A DNA stretch of 20,000 nt from assembly GCA_018649885.1 (NCBI GenBank), contig JABIHA010000113.1:51179-71178 (forward strand). Reading direction: 5' to 3'. The stretch is from Bacteriovoracaceae bacterium (GTDB taxonomy: Bacteria; Bdellovibrionota; Bacteriovoracia; Bacteriovoracales; Bacteriovoracaceae). The notes below the pieces were generated by a model, which saw nothing but the letters and a program-made list of their open reading frames with translations, had not been told where the DNA came from and did no database searches. A program made the translations under genes and the position numbers. This document shows, piece after piece, positions 8,120 through 16,267 of the stretch. Numbering within the stretch: the stretch's first letter is position 1; every line of letters starts with the position of its first letter.

Positions 8120-9472
8120 ATGGACTATTCTAGTCAACTTTTAGTAGTAGGAGAGGACAATGGCCTAAGGGCCAAGTGCATACTCATCCTTGAAAACCTC
8201 TTTGATACCAGTCTGATCATCGAGTACACAAATATATCTGAAGCCATTGAAGAAATTGAAATGAATGACACTATTACCTTTGTGGTATTGCAGGCTTCTG
8301 CTGATGAGATGGCACAAAACGATTTTAATGAACAGCTAAAAAAAATGAATTCAAGCTGCCCAGTTTTAGTCATAACAGATGAAGATGAATTCAAGGATAA
8401 TAACAAAATATGTTATATCCAAACTCCTTTCACAGTGGCAGATTTTCAAAAAAAGATTTCGCGTATTCACCAAGACCTTGCTGAAGATTCCAACAACGCC
8501 AGCTACAGAAAAGTAAGGATTGCCAATTTTTGGAGATTTAATAAATCTCTATGTGATATCTACCTAAAGCTTTCAGATATAAAATATGTCAAAATTATCA
8601 ATAATAATGAGCAATATTCGCGTTCAGATATAGAAAAATATTCAAAGAAAAAGCTCGATCATCTCTATATTAGAAATGAAGATTTTGAAAACTTTGCTTG
8701 TGGCCAATTTCATACACCATTTTTAATTCTTGATAAATCTCAGTGGAAAGAAGGTCAGGAAGAAGAGGCCTTACTCACAACCCACGCTTTCATCCACGAT
8801 CTTGCAAAAAATGTTGGTATTAGCAAGTTGGCAGTTGAACTTGCAGAAGCCTATGTAAAAGAAATCGAAGCACTCATAACTAAAGAAGAAGATATATATG
8901 GTTTATTTTTAAAAATGAGAGAAAATAGAGATTATCTTTATGATCACTCTTATTTAATATCTTGCTTAAGTGCTTCAATGTGCATGGAACTGCCCTGGAA
9001 AAACAGAGATGAAATTGCAAAAAAGCTTACACTGGCAGCTATTTTTCATGACATCACAATAGACGACCCAAACCTTGCTATGATTGATGACATTAACTCA
9101 CCACTTCTTAAAGAATTCTCACTTGAACAAAGAAAGAAATTTAAGGAGCATCCTGAAAAAACAGTAGAAATGATTCGAAAAATAAAGAGTTTTCCAGCCG
9201 ATGTGGAAACTATTATCTTCCAGCATCATGAGAAAATTGATGGTAGTGGTTTTCCCAAAGGAATTGCCGAGAAACATATCTCTCCGCTATCTGGGGCCTT
9301 TCAAATTATCCACTCATTTGTTTCAGAGCTCTATAATCATGAGTTTGATCAGTCCAAGGTTGAAGAAATACTACTTGGGCTCTACAAAACCTATGGCAGC
9401 GGCGCTTTCAAAGTCCAAATGGAATCCCTTCTAAAGTCCCTAGAACTGGAATTGACCCTAAAATTTGAGTAA
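8120..9472 (+). CDS. Pseudo-receiver plus HD-GYP-like domain protein
   Basis: N-terminal REC-like fold (LLVVGED, VVLQ, PVLVIT, IQTPF). C-terminal YDHS, IFHDI, KEHP, QHHEKIDGSGFP. Confidence 0.85.
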   Translation: MDYSSQLLVVGEDNGLRAKCILILENLFDTSLIIEYTNISEAIEEIEMNDTITFVVLQASADEMAQNDFNEQLKKMNSSCPVLVITDEDEFKDNNKICYIQTPFTVADFQKKISRIHQDLAEDSNNASYRKVRIANFWRFNKSLCDIYLKLSDIKYVKIINNNEQYSRSDIEKYSKKKLDHLYIRNEDFENFACGQFHTPFLILDKSQWKEGQEEEALLTTHAFIHDLAKNVGISKLAVELAEAYVKEIEALITKEEDIYGLFLKMRENRDYLYDHSYLISCLSASMCMELPWKNRDEIAKKLTLAAIFHDITIDDPNLAMIDDINSPLLKEFSLEQRKKFKEHPEKTVEMIRKIKSFPADVETIIFQHHEKIDGSGFPKGIAEKHISPLSGAFQIIHSFVSELYNHEFDQSKVEEILLGLYKTYGSGAFKVQMESLLKSLELELTLKFE

Positions 9473-9489
9473 CACCTCCCCTGTGCGTC

Positions 9490-9519
9490 TTGCCCACTCC
9501 CCCATTTTGTTGCTATAAG
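9490..9519 (+). promoter_or_regulatory. Putative sigma70 promoter of the acyl-CoA dehydrogenase/pgi operon
   Basis: TTGCCC-N18-TATAAG with an extended -10 TG (TGcTATAAG), 34 nt before the ATG. AGGGG RBS downstream. Confidence 0.4.
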
Positions 9520-9553
9520 CCAAAGTTAAACTAATTTGTCTTAGGGGAAGAAA

Positions 9554-10717
9554 ATGTGGTTTTTTTCACAAGAAGAAAAAGAGCTTCAAAACGTTTGCCA
9601 GAGCTTTGCTCAAAAAGAATTGGCACCAAAAGCCGCAGAGCTAGACAACACTGAAACTTTCAATTTAGAGGCCTTCAAAAAGATGGGCGAAATTGGACTT
9701 TTAGGCATCACTGCAGATCCTGAATATGGAGGAGCAGGCCTCGGGGCAACATCTGCAACCATTGTGATGGAAGAATTTGGCAAGGCTTGTGCATCAACTA
9801 CTCTTTCGTATTTGGCCCACTCAATTCTATGTGTAAATAACATCGATAAAAATGCCTCAAAAGAACAAAAGCAGAAATATCTACCAAAGCTAATTACAGG
9901 CGAGCAGATTGGTTGCATGGGAATGAGTGAGCCAGGCTATGGCTCTGACGCCATTGGTATCCAAACAAAAGCAAAGTTGAATGGCGATTCATACACAGTT
10001 AATGGCAGTAAAATGTGGATCACCAATGCACAAAATAGTGACGTAGCCTATGTCTACACCAGGACTGGCGATCATAAAAAAGATCTCACAACATTTATTT
10101 TTGACAAAACCATGCCAGGATACAGCACAGGAAATCCCATTCACAAAATGGGGATGAAGGCTTCCCCTACAGGTGAGCTAATTTTTGAAAATGCAAAAGT
10201 CCCAGTTGGTAATAGGGTAGGAGAAGAGGGTGACTCTGTTTACCACATGATGAGAAACCTCGAGCTTGAAAGAATTACTATCGCAGGCCTTTCACTGGGA
10301 ATAGCAAAAGCATGTGTTGAACAATGTCTTCGATATGCTAATGAAAGAAAGCAATTTGGAAAGTCTATCGGTGAATTTCAGCTCGTTCAAAAAATGATCG
10401 CTGAAATGACTACAGAGCTTGAAATGATGAGAAGTTTTCTCTATACCACTGCCAAAAGTTATGACGAAGGAAATGTCAGTCCTGCGAGATCAAGAGTTCT
10501 AGCAGCTCAGGTCAAACTAGCAATCCCAAAAATGACTACTAAAATTGCCCTTGATGCTATTCAACTCCACGGTGGTTATGGATACTCAAGAGAGTTTCCA
10601 GTTGAAAGATATATGAGAGATAACAAACTCAACGAAATTGGGGCTGGGACAAATGAAGTGATGATTATGATTATCGCTAAACAGCTTCTTAAAGATTCTC
10701 TTCAAAAAATGAGTTAA
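9554..10717 (+). CDS. ivd: Isovaleryl-CoA dehydrogenase-type acyl-CoA dehydrogenase
   Basis: MSEPGYGSD, NGSKMWITN, RKQFGK, IQLHGGYGY. Glu in LELERI and Ala in EIGAGTNE give the IVD catalytic arrangement. Confidence 0.8.
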   Translation: MWFFSQEEKELQNVCQSFAQKELAPKAAELDNTETFNLEAFKKMGEIGLLGITADPEYGGAGLGATSATIVMEEFGKACASTTLSYLAHSILCVNNIDKNASKEQKQKYLPKLITGEQIGCMGMSEPGYGSDAIGIQTKAKLNGDSYTVNGSKMWITNAQNSDVAYVYTRTGDHKKDLTTFIFDKTMPGYSTGNPIHKMGMKASPTGELIFENAKVPVGNRVGEEGDSVYHMMRNLELERITIAGLSLGIAKACVEQCLRYANERKQFGKSIGEFQLVQKMIAEMTTELEMMRSFLYTTAKSYDEGNVSPARSRVLAAQVKLAIPKMTTKIALDAIQLHGGYGYSREFPVERYMRDNKLNEIGAGTNEVMIMIIAKQLLKDSLQKMS

Positions 10718-10719
10718 TT

Positions 10720-11853
10720 ATGACTAGTGGACTACATCTTGAACTTGTCGAACAAGTTAGAAAATTTTGCATCAAAAACATTGAGCCTACAGCTGAAAAA
10801 GATGATGGTGAAAGCAAATTTAATATGGATATATACCGAGGCTTAGGTGAGCTCGGAGTTTGCGGCATTGTACTTCCAGAAAAGTATGGAGGAGCAGGCC
10901 TTGGTTATAGCGAGCTTATAGTCGTCTTAGAAGAAATTGCCAAATTCTCTGCATCATACGCAGTAACACTATCAGTCTCCACAATGGTTCAATCAATGAT
11001 TGATACATACGGAAGCGAAGAACAAAAACAAAAATATCTTCCAGAATTAACTTCTGGGAAAGAAATTGGTGCTTTCTCACTTTCAGAAGCCGGATCCGGC
11101 TCTGATGCAGCCTCTCTTAGGACTAAAGCAACTTTGAAGGGTGAAGACTATATTTTAAATGGCAGTAAAATGTGGGTAACTTCAGGTGGAGTTGCAAAAA
11201 CATATGTCGTAATGGCAAGAAGTGGAGCAGATGGACCAAAAGGGGTCAGCTCTTTTATCGTCCAAAATGGTCAAAGTGGTTTTGAGTTTGGAAAACTTGA
11301 AAGTAAAATGGGCCTCAAGGCCTCTCCTACCAGAGAGTTGATATTTGAAAATTGTAAAATACCCAAATCAAATATTTTAGGAAGCCAAGGTTTGGGATTC
11401 AATATTGCTATGAGCGCACTGGACAGAGGGAGATTTACTATCGCTTCCATTGCAACTGGACTTGCTAAAAGATCACTTGATGAAGCTGTAAAATACTCCT
11501 TAACCAGAAAACAATTTAACCAACCTATTTTTGAATTTCAAGGCCTTCAATTCATGATGGCCGATATGGCCTGTGAAATTACGGCTTCTGAACTTTTAGT
11601 ACAAAAAGCTGCAACGAATTTTGATGCAGGAATAAATGATCAAAAAATTGCTGCCATGGCAAAATTGAAGGCCACAGATACTGCCATGTCAGTCACAACT
11701 GATGCTGTTCAAATAATGGGCGGAGTTGGATACACTAGTGAGTTTCCTCTTGAAAGATTCATGAGGGACGCAAAGGTTCTGCAAATTGTCGAAGGCACTA
11801 ACCAAATTCAACGTGTAGTTATTTCACGCATGCTAAAAAAGGAATACTCATAG
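10720..11853 (+). CDS. Short/branched-chain acyl-CoA dehydrogenase
   Basis: FSLSEAGSGSDA, NGSKMWVTSG, LDRGR, RKQF, QIMGGVGY, QIVEGTNQIQR (C-terminal catalytic Glu, SCAD/IBD type). Confidence 0.92.
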   Translation: MTSGLHLELVEQVRKFCIKNIEPTAEKDDGESKFNMDIYRGLGELGVCGIVLPEKYGGAGLGYSELIVVLEEIAKFSASYAVTLSVSTMVQSMIDTYGSEEQKQKYLPELTSGKEIGAFSLSEAGSGSDAASLRTKATLKGEDYILNGSKMWVTSGGVAKTYVVMARSGADGPKGVSSFIVQNGQSGFEFGKLESKMGLKASPTRELIFENCKIPKSNILGSQGLGFNIAMSALDRGRFTIASIATGLAKRSLDEAVKYSLTRKQFNQPIFEFQGLQFMMADMACEITASELLVQKAATNFDAGINDQKIAAMAKLKATDTAMSVTTDAVQIMGGVGYTSEFPLERFMRDAKVLQIVEGTNQIQRVVISRMLKKEYS

Positions 11854-13118
11854 TGAGCTTAAATTTATCTCTACCGAGTTATGCGACTTCAGAAAATTCA
11901 AATATTTCTCCAAAGTTTATAGAAGACTTCTTTAAAATTTTAAATAGAGAAGATGTCGGTTTTTTTAGATTAGAAGAATCCACTGAACACATCAAACAGT
12001 GCAAAGTGGTTTATCAAAAATTTCTTTTTAAAAAGACATTTGTGCATGTTGGGATTGGAGGCTCTTCACTTGGTCCCGAAATGTTAGTTGGTGCACTTGC
12101 CTGTGAAAGCATAGATCGACAATTTACATTTATTAACAATATAGATCCAGACGAAATACACAGGCAATTGAAATCTATTGGTAATTTAGAAGACACTCTT
12201 TTTTACATCGTCAGTAAATCTGGTGGTACTGTTGAGACAAACGCGATACTTGCCATAATTCTTAACTTTTTAAAATCAAGGGGCGTAGAAGATAGCGAGC
12301 TAAGAGACTACTTTGTTTTTTGTACTGACCCAAAAACAAGCCAGCTAAGAGAGCTTGCAAAACGCCATCAAATTGATTGTATACCTATTCCTAGTAATGT
12401 CGGTGGGCGGTTTTCAGTCCTCTCTCCAGCGGGACTATTACCTGCCCTATTTGCAGGTATTGATATTGACTCTCTTGTAGAGGGTGCAAAAAGTATGGCA
12501 GATGCTATTAGCTCTAAAACGAGTGAGTACGCTCTGCTAATTGATTTATTCAGTGGCCTAAAAAACGCCTTAGAGAAAAATGTAAATCAAACAGTTCTTA
12601 TGCCCTACTCTTCAAGATTAAGAAATTTCTCCTCCTGGTTTGTTCAACTTTGGGCCGAATCACTTGGAAAAAAAGAAAACCTCGAAGGAAAAACACTAAA
12701 TCTAGGACTTACCCCTATTTCAGCATTCGGGGCGACTGATCAGCACTCCCAGATGCAACTTTTTAAAGAGGGGCCAATCGACAAATTTATTATCTTTATA
12801 GGGATTGAAAAGTTCACCCATGACTATCCACTTTCTTGTGGGCAAGAAACACCGGTATTAGAGCAATTATCTCCTTTTAGCCTATCTCAACTTATGACTG
12901 CAGAGCTTGAGGGAACAATAAAGGCAATTGAAAGTGATAACAGACCTTTTGCAAAGCTGGTCTTCAACAAATGTGATGAAATTCATCTAGGACAGTCAAT
13001 AATTTTTTTCGAGTCCCTTACTGTTTTAATGGGTCACCACCTAGGAATAGACACATTCAACCAGCCAGGAGTGGAAGCCGGAAAAAAATATGCTCTCGAA
13101 TGGCTTGAAGGTATCTAA
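11853..13118 (+). CDS. pgi: Glucose-6-phosphate isomerase (short type)
   Basis: GIGGSSLG, SKSGGTVET, VGGRFSVLS, QLWAESLGK, GATDQHS, FNQPGVEAGK. GTG start overlaps the upstream TAG by 1 nt. Confidence 0.95.
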   Translation: MSLNLSLPSYATSENSNISPKFIEDFFKILNREDVGFFRLEESTEHIKQCKVVYQKFLFKKTFVHVGIGGSSLGPEMLVGALACESIDRQFTFINNIDPDEIHRQLKSIGNLEDTLFYIVSKSGGTVETNAILAIILNFLKSRGVEDSELRDYFVFCTDPKTSQLRELAKRHQIDCIPIPSNVGGRFSVLSPAGLLPALFAGIDIDSLVEGAKSMADAISSKTSEYALLIDLFSGLKNALEKNVNQTVLMPYSSRLRNFSSWFVQLWAESLGKKENLEGKTLNLGLTPISAFGATDQHSQMQLFKEGPIDKFIIFIGIEKFTHDYPLSCGQETPVLEQLSPFSLSQLMTAELEGTIKAIESDNRPFAKLVFNKCDEIHLGQSIIFFESLTVLMGHHLGIDTFNQPGVEAGKKYALEWLEGI

Positions 13119-13198
13119 TATTACACTACCAGCAGCATGTGCCTACTGGCCCAAATAAATTAGCTTAGAGAAAATATCCCTACACAAGGGAGCACACA

Positions 13199-14029
13199 GT
13201 GAAAAAAACAGTCTATTGTTTAGCAATTCTATTTCTTTTAGTTTCATGTAATCCAGATGGTAAAGATCATGAGGAATGTAGCCTCGATGCTCTTAAAAAG
13301 TATTCAACGTCAGCGGAAAAGGTCACGATTAAAGATCGACTGGGCAATAAAATCATCTACCCATATGAACAAACAAAGTCAGGTGTTTTCATTGAAGGAG
13401 ATATAAAGGTTGGCGAAGGAAAACTTACTCCCAAAAGCTTAATTAGAGTAGGAAAAACCTGGACCGATGGAATTGTCTACTACACCATTGACAGCAGTAT
13501 CGACGACAATGACGTTGATGATATAGAGGATGCAATTGAACATTGGCAGGATAAAACAGGAGGCGAAATCGTCTTCAAAAAAAGAGTTTCTGAATCCAAT
13601 TATGTAGAATTTATAAAAGACGATGGCTGTTGGTCACAAGTTGGCATGATGGGAGGTAAACAAAATATTTCTCTTGATGATGGATGCGGACTTCCCCAAG
13701 CAATTCATGAAATTGGCCATGCGCTGGGCCTATGGCATGAGCAAGGAAGAGCTGATAGAGATGAATATGTAGAAATACTTTGGTGTAATATTACTGAAGA
13801 TAAACGCTACAATTTTCTACAAGTCGGATCAAAAGGATCGGATTCAGGATCATACGATTATGACTCGATCATGCATTATACAAAATATGCTTTTTCTAAT
13901 AACGCTCAGGCCACATTGAAGTCAATAACAAGCACTTCACTACCTCTTTTCCACCCAAATAAGCTCTCAAAGGGTGATACCGAGGGAATCGCTTGTTTGT
14001 ATGGTTATGGTACTTGTGATTATGAGTAA
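13199..14029 (+). CDS. Astacin-family (M12A) zinc metallopeptidase, lipoprotein
   Basis: Lipobox LLVS-C, pro-domain FIEGDI, GCWSQVG, HEIGHALGLWHEQGRADRD, Met-turn DSIMHY. Confidence 0.93.
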   Translation: MKKTVYCLAILFLLVSCNPDGKDHEECSLDALKKYSTSAEKVTIKDRLGNKIIYPYEQTKSGVFIEGDIKVGEGKLTPKSLIRVGKTWTDGIVYYTIDSSIDDNDVDDIEDAIEHWQDKTGGEIVFKKRVSESNYVEFIKDDGCWSQVGMMGGKQNISLDDGCGLPQAIHEIGHALGLWHEQGRADRDEYVEILWCNITEDKRYNFLQVGSKGSDSGSYDYDSIMHYTKYAFSNNAQATLKSITSTSLPLFHPNKLSKGDTEGIACLYGYGTCDYE

Positions 14030-14061
14030 ATTACTTGTAAAGCCGTGTAAACTTTTGCTTC

Positions 14062-14108
14062 TTGATGTAAGGCACCCTTATAAGATAAAATTTCTATGCA
14101 AGTATAAT
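14062..14108 (+). promoter_or_regulatory. Putative promoter of the FHA-GGDEF gene
   Basis: TTGATG-N18-TAAAAT (14062-14091) and a perfect TATAAT at 14103-14108. AGGAG RBS before ATG 14132. Confidence 0.35.
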
Positions 14109-14131
14109 AAAAGATAGAGGTAGGAGACTCC

Positions 14132-15043
14132 ATGTCTGACGACTCCACAATTGTAATTACAGATATCCATGCGGCCTTGAATGCATCAGATTTAGAGGCC
14201 CAAAAAAAGCCCGCTGCTTTCATAACAGAAGGAGGCGAGCTAAACGGAACCTTGTTTGACCTTCCCGATGGGGTCACAACTTTTGGTCGTAGCACAGAAA
14301 ACACTTACACTATCGAGTTTGATGGCATCTCAAGAAAGCATCTTCAAGTAACAGTGGATGATGACTCTGTTAAAGTTGAAGACTGTGGATCTGCAAATGG
14401 AACCTACTTAAATAATGACAAGCTTGAAGGACCTACCCCCCTTACAAAGGGCGCGGTAATCAAATTAGGGAGTATCGCCTTTAGATTTCTTCCAAAAGGT
14501 GATCCTGAAAGACTTGCTTATGATAAATTACAAAAAGATGCCAATACGGATGGCCTTACCCAAGCCTATAACAAAACTTACTTTAACAAAAAATGTGATC
14601 TAGAGGTAAGAAAGAGCAAAGTAACTGGCAGCCCACTCAGCCTAATTGTTTTTGACCTAGATTTGTTCAAAAATCTAAATGATAACTTTGGCCATGATGC
14701 TGGTGACTATGTATTAAAAGAGCTCTCTTCCATTATCAGAAAAAATGGTGTGAGAGACGAAGATGTATTCTCGCGCTACGGCGGTGAAGAATTTGTTATT
14801 TTACTCCCAAAAACAAATCTAAAACACGGATTCGAAATAGCAGAAAGGCTTAGAAAACTCATTGAAGAGCACGACTTTAAATATGATGGTCAAACCCTTC
14901 CAGTGACTGCCTCAATCGGCGTTGCCGACTACCGTAAAGGTGTCGAAGATGGCACAGATCTCTTTAAGAGAGCTGACAATGCCGTCTACAAATCAAAAGA
15001 AGGCGGCCGAAACCAGGTAAACTTCTTTCGTGAAGATGGCTAA
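14132..15043 (+). CDS. dgcB: FHA-GGDEF diguanylate cyclase, Bdellovibrio DgcB-like
   Basis: FHA motifs FGRS, ISRKH, SANGTYLN. GGDEF motifs TDGLT, DLDLFKNLND, GHDAGD, RDED I-site, RYGGEEF. N-terminal Thr tail (DDSTIVITD). Confidence 0.85.
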   Translation: MSDDSTIVITDIHAALNASDLEAQKKPAAFITEGGELNGTLFDLPDGVTTFGRSTENTYTIEFDGISRKHLQVTVDDDSVKVEDCGSANGTYLNNDKLEGPTPLTKGAVIKLGSIAFRFLPKGDPERLAYDKLQKDANTDGLTQAYNKTYFNKKCDLEVRKSKVTGSPLSLIVFDLDLFKNLNDNFGHDAGDYVLKELSSIIRKNGVRDEDVFSRYGGEEFVILLPKTNLKHGFEIAERLRKLIEEHDFKYDGQTLPVTASIGVADYRKGVEDGTDLFKRADNAVYKSKEGGRNQVNFFREDG

Positions 15044-15063
15044 GTCCTTCCCCTTATAGCTAT

Positions 15064-15305
15064 ATTTCCTTTTTTTCCTTCGCTTTCACCTTTCTGTTGG
15101 AGTTCGGCGGTTGCCCTTGCCCTCCCAAGGATAATTATTACTAGTCTCTAAAATGAGCTAACCTGAGTAGATTTCTAAAAATTGAAAGACCTTTTTTTAG
15201 AAAGAACTGGAATATTGAAAATTTTATTTAGAAGCGAAGAATTTCTAGAGAGGGCAAGGGCAACCGCCAACACCCAATAAAAAGGCAAAGGTAAAAAAAT
15301 GAAAC
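15064..15305. repeat. Long concentric imperfect palindrome (REPIN/MITE-like or rod-like RNA) between convergent genes
   Basis: Perfect 19-bp IR GGCGGTTGCCCTTGCCCTC at 15106-15124 / 15250-15268. Inner 10-bp IR TTTCTAAAAA at 15172-15181 / 15194-15203 with the same centre (~15187). Degenerate outer arms. Confidence 0.75.
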
Positions 15306-15324
15306 TGAATTTGAGGTTTAAATT

Positions 15325-15723
15325 TTATTCGCAACTAGCACTATAATCACTTTTCAAACTACCCAAATCCTTCATATAAACTCGACATTTTTTCTCTTTC
15401 CCCACATTAGTAGAAAAAGCGCTGGCACAAGCAGTAGTGTTAATTTCTTTTCTAGAGGAATCATCTGCGGCCATTAAGTATTGATCTATTTCTTGAGATC
15501 CAACACCATTTTTTTCAAGCTTATTTCGAATTCGGCTCATATCATGATCCATTTTTTCACATGGAGTCATCGTAACTTCTTTTTCTTTTGCGACCTTCTT
15601 TCTTTTCTCTTTATAGTTTTGTTGGTTTTTCCAATATCTTTTTCTACCTCGGCCTTCAGTATTTTGAATCGCTAGCGCCGAAAAAATCAAAACCATTAAT
15701 AATTGAAAAAAAATCTTACTCAT
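15325..15723 (-). CDS. Exported basic hypothetical protein, 4 Cys
   Basis: GGAG RBS, signal peptide MSKIFFQLLMVLIFSALA, Lys/Arg-rich N-terminal segment. Confidence 0.8.
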   Translation of the reverse strand: MSKIFFQLLMVLIFSALAIQNTEGRGRKRYWKNQQNYKEKRKKVAKEKEVTMTPCEKMDHDMSRIRNKLEKNGVGSQEIDQYLMAADDSSRKEINTTACASAFSTNVGKEKKCRVYMKDLGSLKSDYSASCE

Positions 15724-15744
15724 CTGTAGTCTCCAAATAGGTAG

Positions 15745-16128
15745 CTATCTATACCCAAACTCACTTCTCACCTGATGTTTTAATATTTCTATACAATAGT
15801 TTACACTATCATCAAATCCTTCGACAGCGTCAGAATTTGCGTAGCTGCTACACTTTCCAATTTCTCCAAAATCATTTCCACCACAAATACTTTTACGACA
15901 AGACATCTCAGCACAATCGAGTAGTCCCGTTTTTTCAAAGCAAGACTCATAACCGATGTCTTTTCTCATACATTTTTTAATTTTCGAGCTCTGCCTACTA
16001 CACTCTTTAAGTGCCTTAATAGAAGCACTTCTAGTAATGGAAACTTTCGCTTTCAATCTATTTCTGTGGGCCCACGTTTCAACGGAATTGGTGACCACTG
16101 CGAAAAAGACCAGCACAACTTTTAACAT
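15745..16128 (-). CDS. Exported Cys-rich (8 Cys) hypothetical protein
   Basis: ATG at 16128 preceded by GGAGAAGAG (ORF track starts at 16143). Signal-like MLKVVLVFFAVVTNSVETWA. Confidence 0.7.
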   Translation of the reverse strand: MLKVVLVFFAVVTNSVETWAHRNRLKAKVSITRSASIKALKECSRQSSKIKKCMRKDIGYESCFEKTGLLDCAEMSCRKSICGGNDFGEIGKCSSYANSDAVEGFDDSVNYCIEILKHQVRSEFGYR

Positions 16129-16267
16129 CTCTTCTCCAAACAAAGCCTTGTGTAAATGTCTTATCGGAGCAAAAGGGCCTGCCTTAAACCTCTAACTAGC
16201 TGATTTTGCTCTGCATAATATGGGATTTATATTGGTGATCCATACTTCTTTTGTTAAGTATTTTTAG

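Noticed and set aside
1228..9918. Short alternative ORFs (1228+, 2140-, 2866+, 3333+, 3538+, 3632-, 4854+, 5007-, 6371+, 7440-, 7530+, 8134-, 9201+, 9610-)
   Set aside because: They lie antisense or out of frame over well-supported genes and have no motifs, so they are shadow ORFs.
9725..11175. Identical 17-18-nt stretches shared by the two acyl-CoA dehydrogenase genes (TATGGAGGAGCAGGCCT at 9725 and 10885; AATGGCAGTAAAATGTGG at 10001 and 11158)
   Set aside because: They encode conserved family motifs (YGGAGL, NGSKMW) with the same codon bias, and are not a repeat element.
13130..13150. Weak hairpin after pgi (CCAGCAG...CTACTGG)
   Set aside because: The stem is mismatched and there is no U-tract, which is insufficient to call a terminator.
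15106..15268. 19-bp repeat considered as a CRISPR repeat or IS terminal repeats
   Set aside because: There are only two inverted copies, with no spacers, cas gene, transposase or evident target-site duplication.
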